64,000 bases of DNA. Origin: Acanthaster planci (Eukaryota). The DNA lies in assembly GCF_001949145.1 (NCBI RefSeq), contig NW_019091359.1, forward strand, positions 338,021 to 402,020. Reading direction: 5' to 3'. This document shows positions 62,591 through 64,000 of this stretch, one piece after another. The notes beneath the pieces are model-generated. The model saw only the letters and a program-made list of their open reading frames with translations. It did not search any database and had not been told where the DNA came from. Both the position numbers and the translations under genes were made by a program. How positions within the stretch are numbered: the stretch's first letter is position 1; every line of letters begins with the position of its first letter.

Positions 62591-64000
62591 GATGAATTTT
62601 GTGCCCCCAATTTAAAAAAAAAATCCTAACTCTCCCAAGAATTAGGTCACACAATTTCTAAGAAATGTGTGGGTTGCTTGGCAGCGCGCGTGAGCAATTG
62701 GTAGTAGAACTTGCAACCAACCAAAAGAGTCCTTGAGAAGGAGTTGATAACTTCCCTAGCCAGTGACCTTCCACTTCACTTGGCTACTGGACTGAACAGA
62801 GACAGTTCCGTTGTCTCGCTGTGTACTCTCCTTCCATCGAACCTGCCATACTTACAGATTCGTCCCTGACCTTTCCAGGTGAGTTTGATGATACTTTTGT
62901 CTTACTTTTATGCCTAGATTGAAGTGTCTATTCTTATCTCAAAGTTTGGACCGAGTCACCATAGGTTAAGGAGAAGCCAGGAAAAAGTCGAATCAAAGAA
63001 TCTCCACCTTTTTGAGTCGTTTCTCCCATTTGAAGCAAGATATGGGACAGAGAGACTTCTAGGGGGGATGTGTTGGGTAACAATAGTTTGGAGTGTATAT
63101 AGGGATTGAACAGGTAAGAGTGGTGCCCCTCCGTCCCATATCTTGCCTGGTATAGTTTCTCCGACTTAAAGCACGACCCTCCCTCCACTATTGTACAAAA
63201 GAATAAAAGGCTTTACTGATGCTTTGAGATGAATCCATCATTTGTCCAGCGTTTGCTGGCTATGTACCCACGTACATGAAAGCTGCATTCCTGTCCCAAT
63301 TAAGCCGTTGAGTAACTCCTCGGCTGGGTGCACATGAAGTTACACAGACATGCAGTCGACACCATCGGTGTATGGCACGGTCCATATGGATTTACATCTG
63401 TTATTTAGTTGTTAGTTGTTGCAGAAATAAGCTAAATTTAAGTGAGCAAAGGCTATCGATATGACTGCAGGGAAATGGGGACCTTTTACACCACCAACAA
63501 ACAAGTTTCTCAAGTGACTGATTTGAGAACTGAAGTACACTGTCCCTTCAAATGAAGATTACGTTTACAACCTTGGAAATACATGTACATGCTTACTCCT
63601 TGAAATCTCTCAGTCACCAAAGGAAATTCTTCCGTTTGGAAAATACATACATTTGACATATATTCTCATTCATCTGGTAAGTATCATACGTAAGTTTCTA
63701 AACGATTAATCCGTTTTGCAAAATTGTACATGAATTGTGATTGACCGAAAGTAAAGTTGCTACAAATGAATTTAAAAATAAATACACAAAGAAAAGGGAT
63801 AAAAATTTATAAAAATTATACGTTACCATTAAATAAATATCTACGTTAAAATGAAAAAAAGATGAAATAAAATTAAAATGGATTAAAAAAGGGAAGGGAT
63901 ATGCAAAAGTGAAGCTAAAATTCAAAAGGTATGTAAAAATGAAGGAGACACATTAAAGACATTTATTATAGTGCAACGTAAGGAGCGGTTCGCTTTAGTT

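Noticed and set aside
63760..63950. A-rich strand-skewed tract with a hydrophobic minus-strand ORF
   Set aside because: Low-complexity AT-rich sequence; the ORF is a compositional artefact.
1..64000. Exact Mad/Medea composite site GRCGNC-N5-GTCT
   Set aside because: A manual scan found only near-misses (e.g. ~14617, ~25388, ~53971); a regex search should confirm.
1..64000. CRISPR arrays, operons, rRNA or intact tRNA genes
   Set aside because: Spliced eukaryotic locus; no repeat-spacer array or intact cloverleaf seen.

Overview
Eukaryotic (animal) genomic DNA, probably an invertebrate deuterostome such as a sea star. The taxon is inferred from repeat style and protein sequence, not verified. 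The only protein-coding gene I can support is the 3' part of a Tbx2/3 (optomotor-blind family) T-box transcription factor on the + strand. Four exons (13314-13460, 20698-20774, 22403-22521, 23693-24636) splice in frame to 428 aa; the first exons lie upstream of the window. A probable long 3' UTR follows, then about 37 kb with no recognisable gene. Repeats include two inverted copies of a PIF/Harbinger-type MITE, a tRNA-derived SINE and several decayed elements. The most notable unexplained signal is non-coding. Roughly 25 GC-rich islands of 200-500 nt, in the introns and up to ~38 kb past the stop codon, appear by manual pairing to fold into nested multi-branch stems. Their non-Watson-Crick positions are mostly G-U compatible on the + strand. 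Examples are a 47-bp duplex with an ADAR-type UAG/A-C site (60389-60897) and a pairing spanning 2.6 kb (49230-51856). This suggests a very long structured + strand RNA across the locus. All folding was done by eye and needs shuffle-controlled folding and covariation tests.
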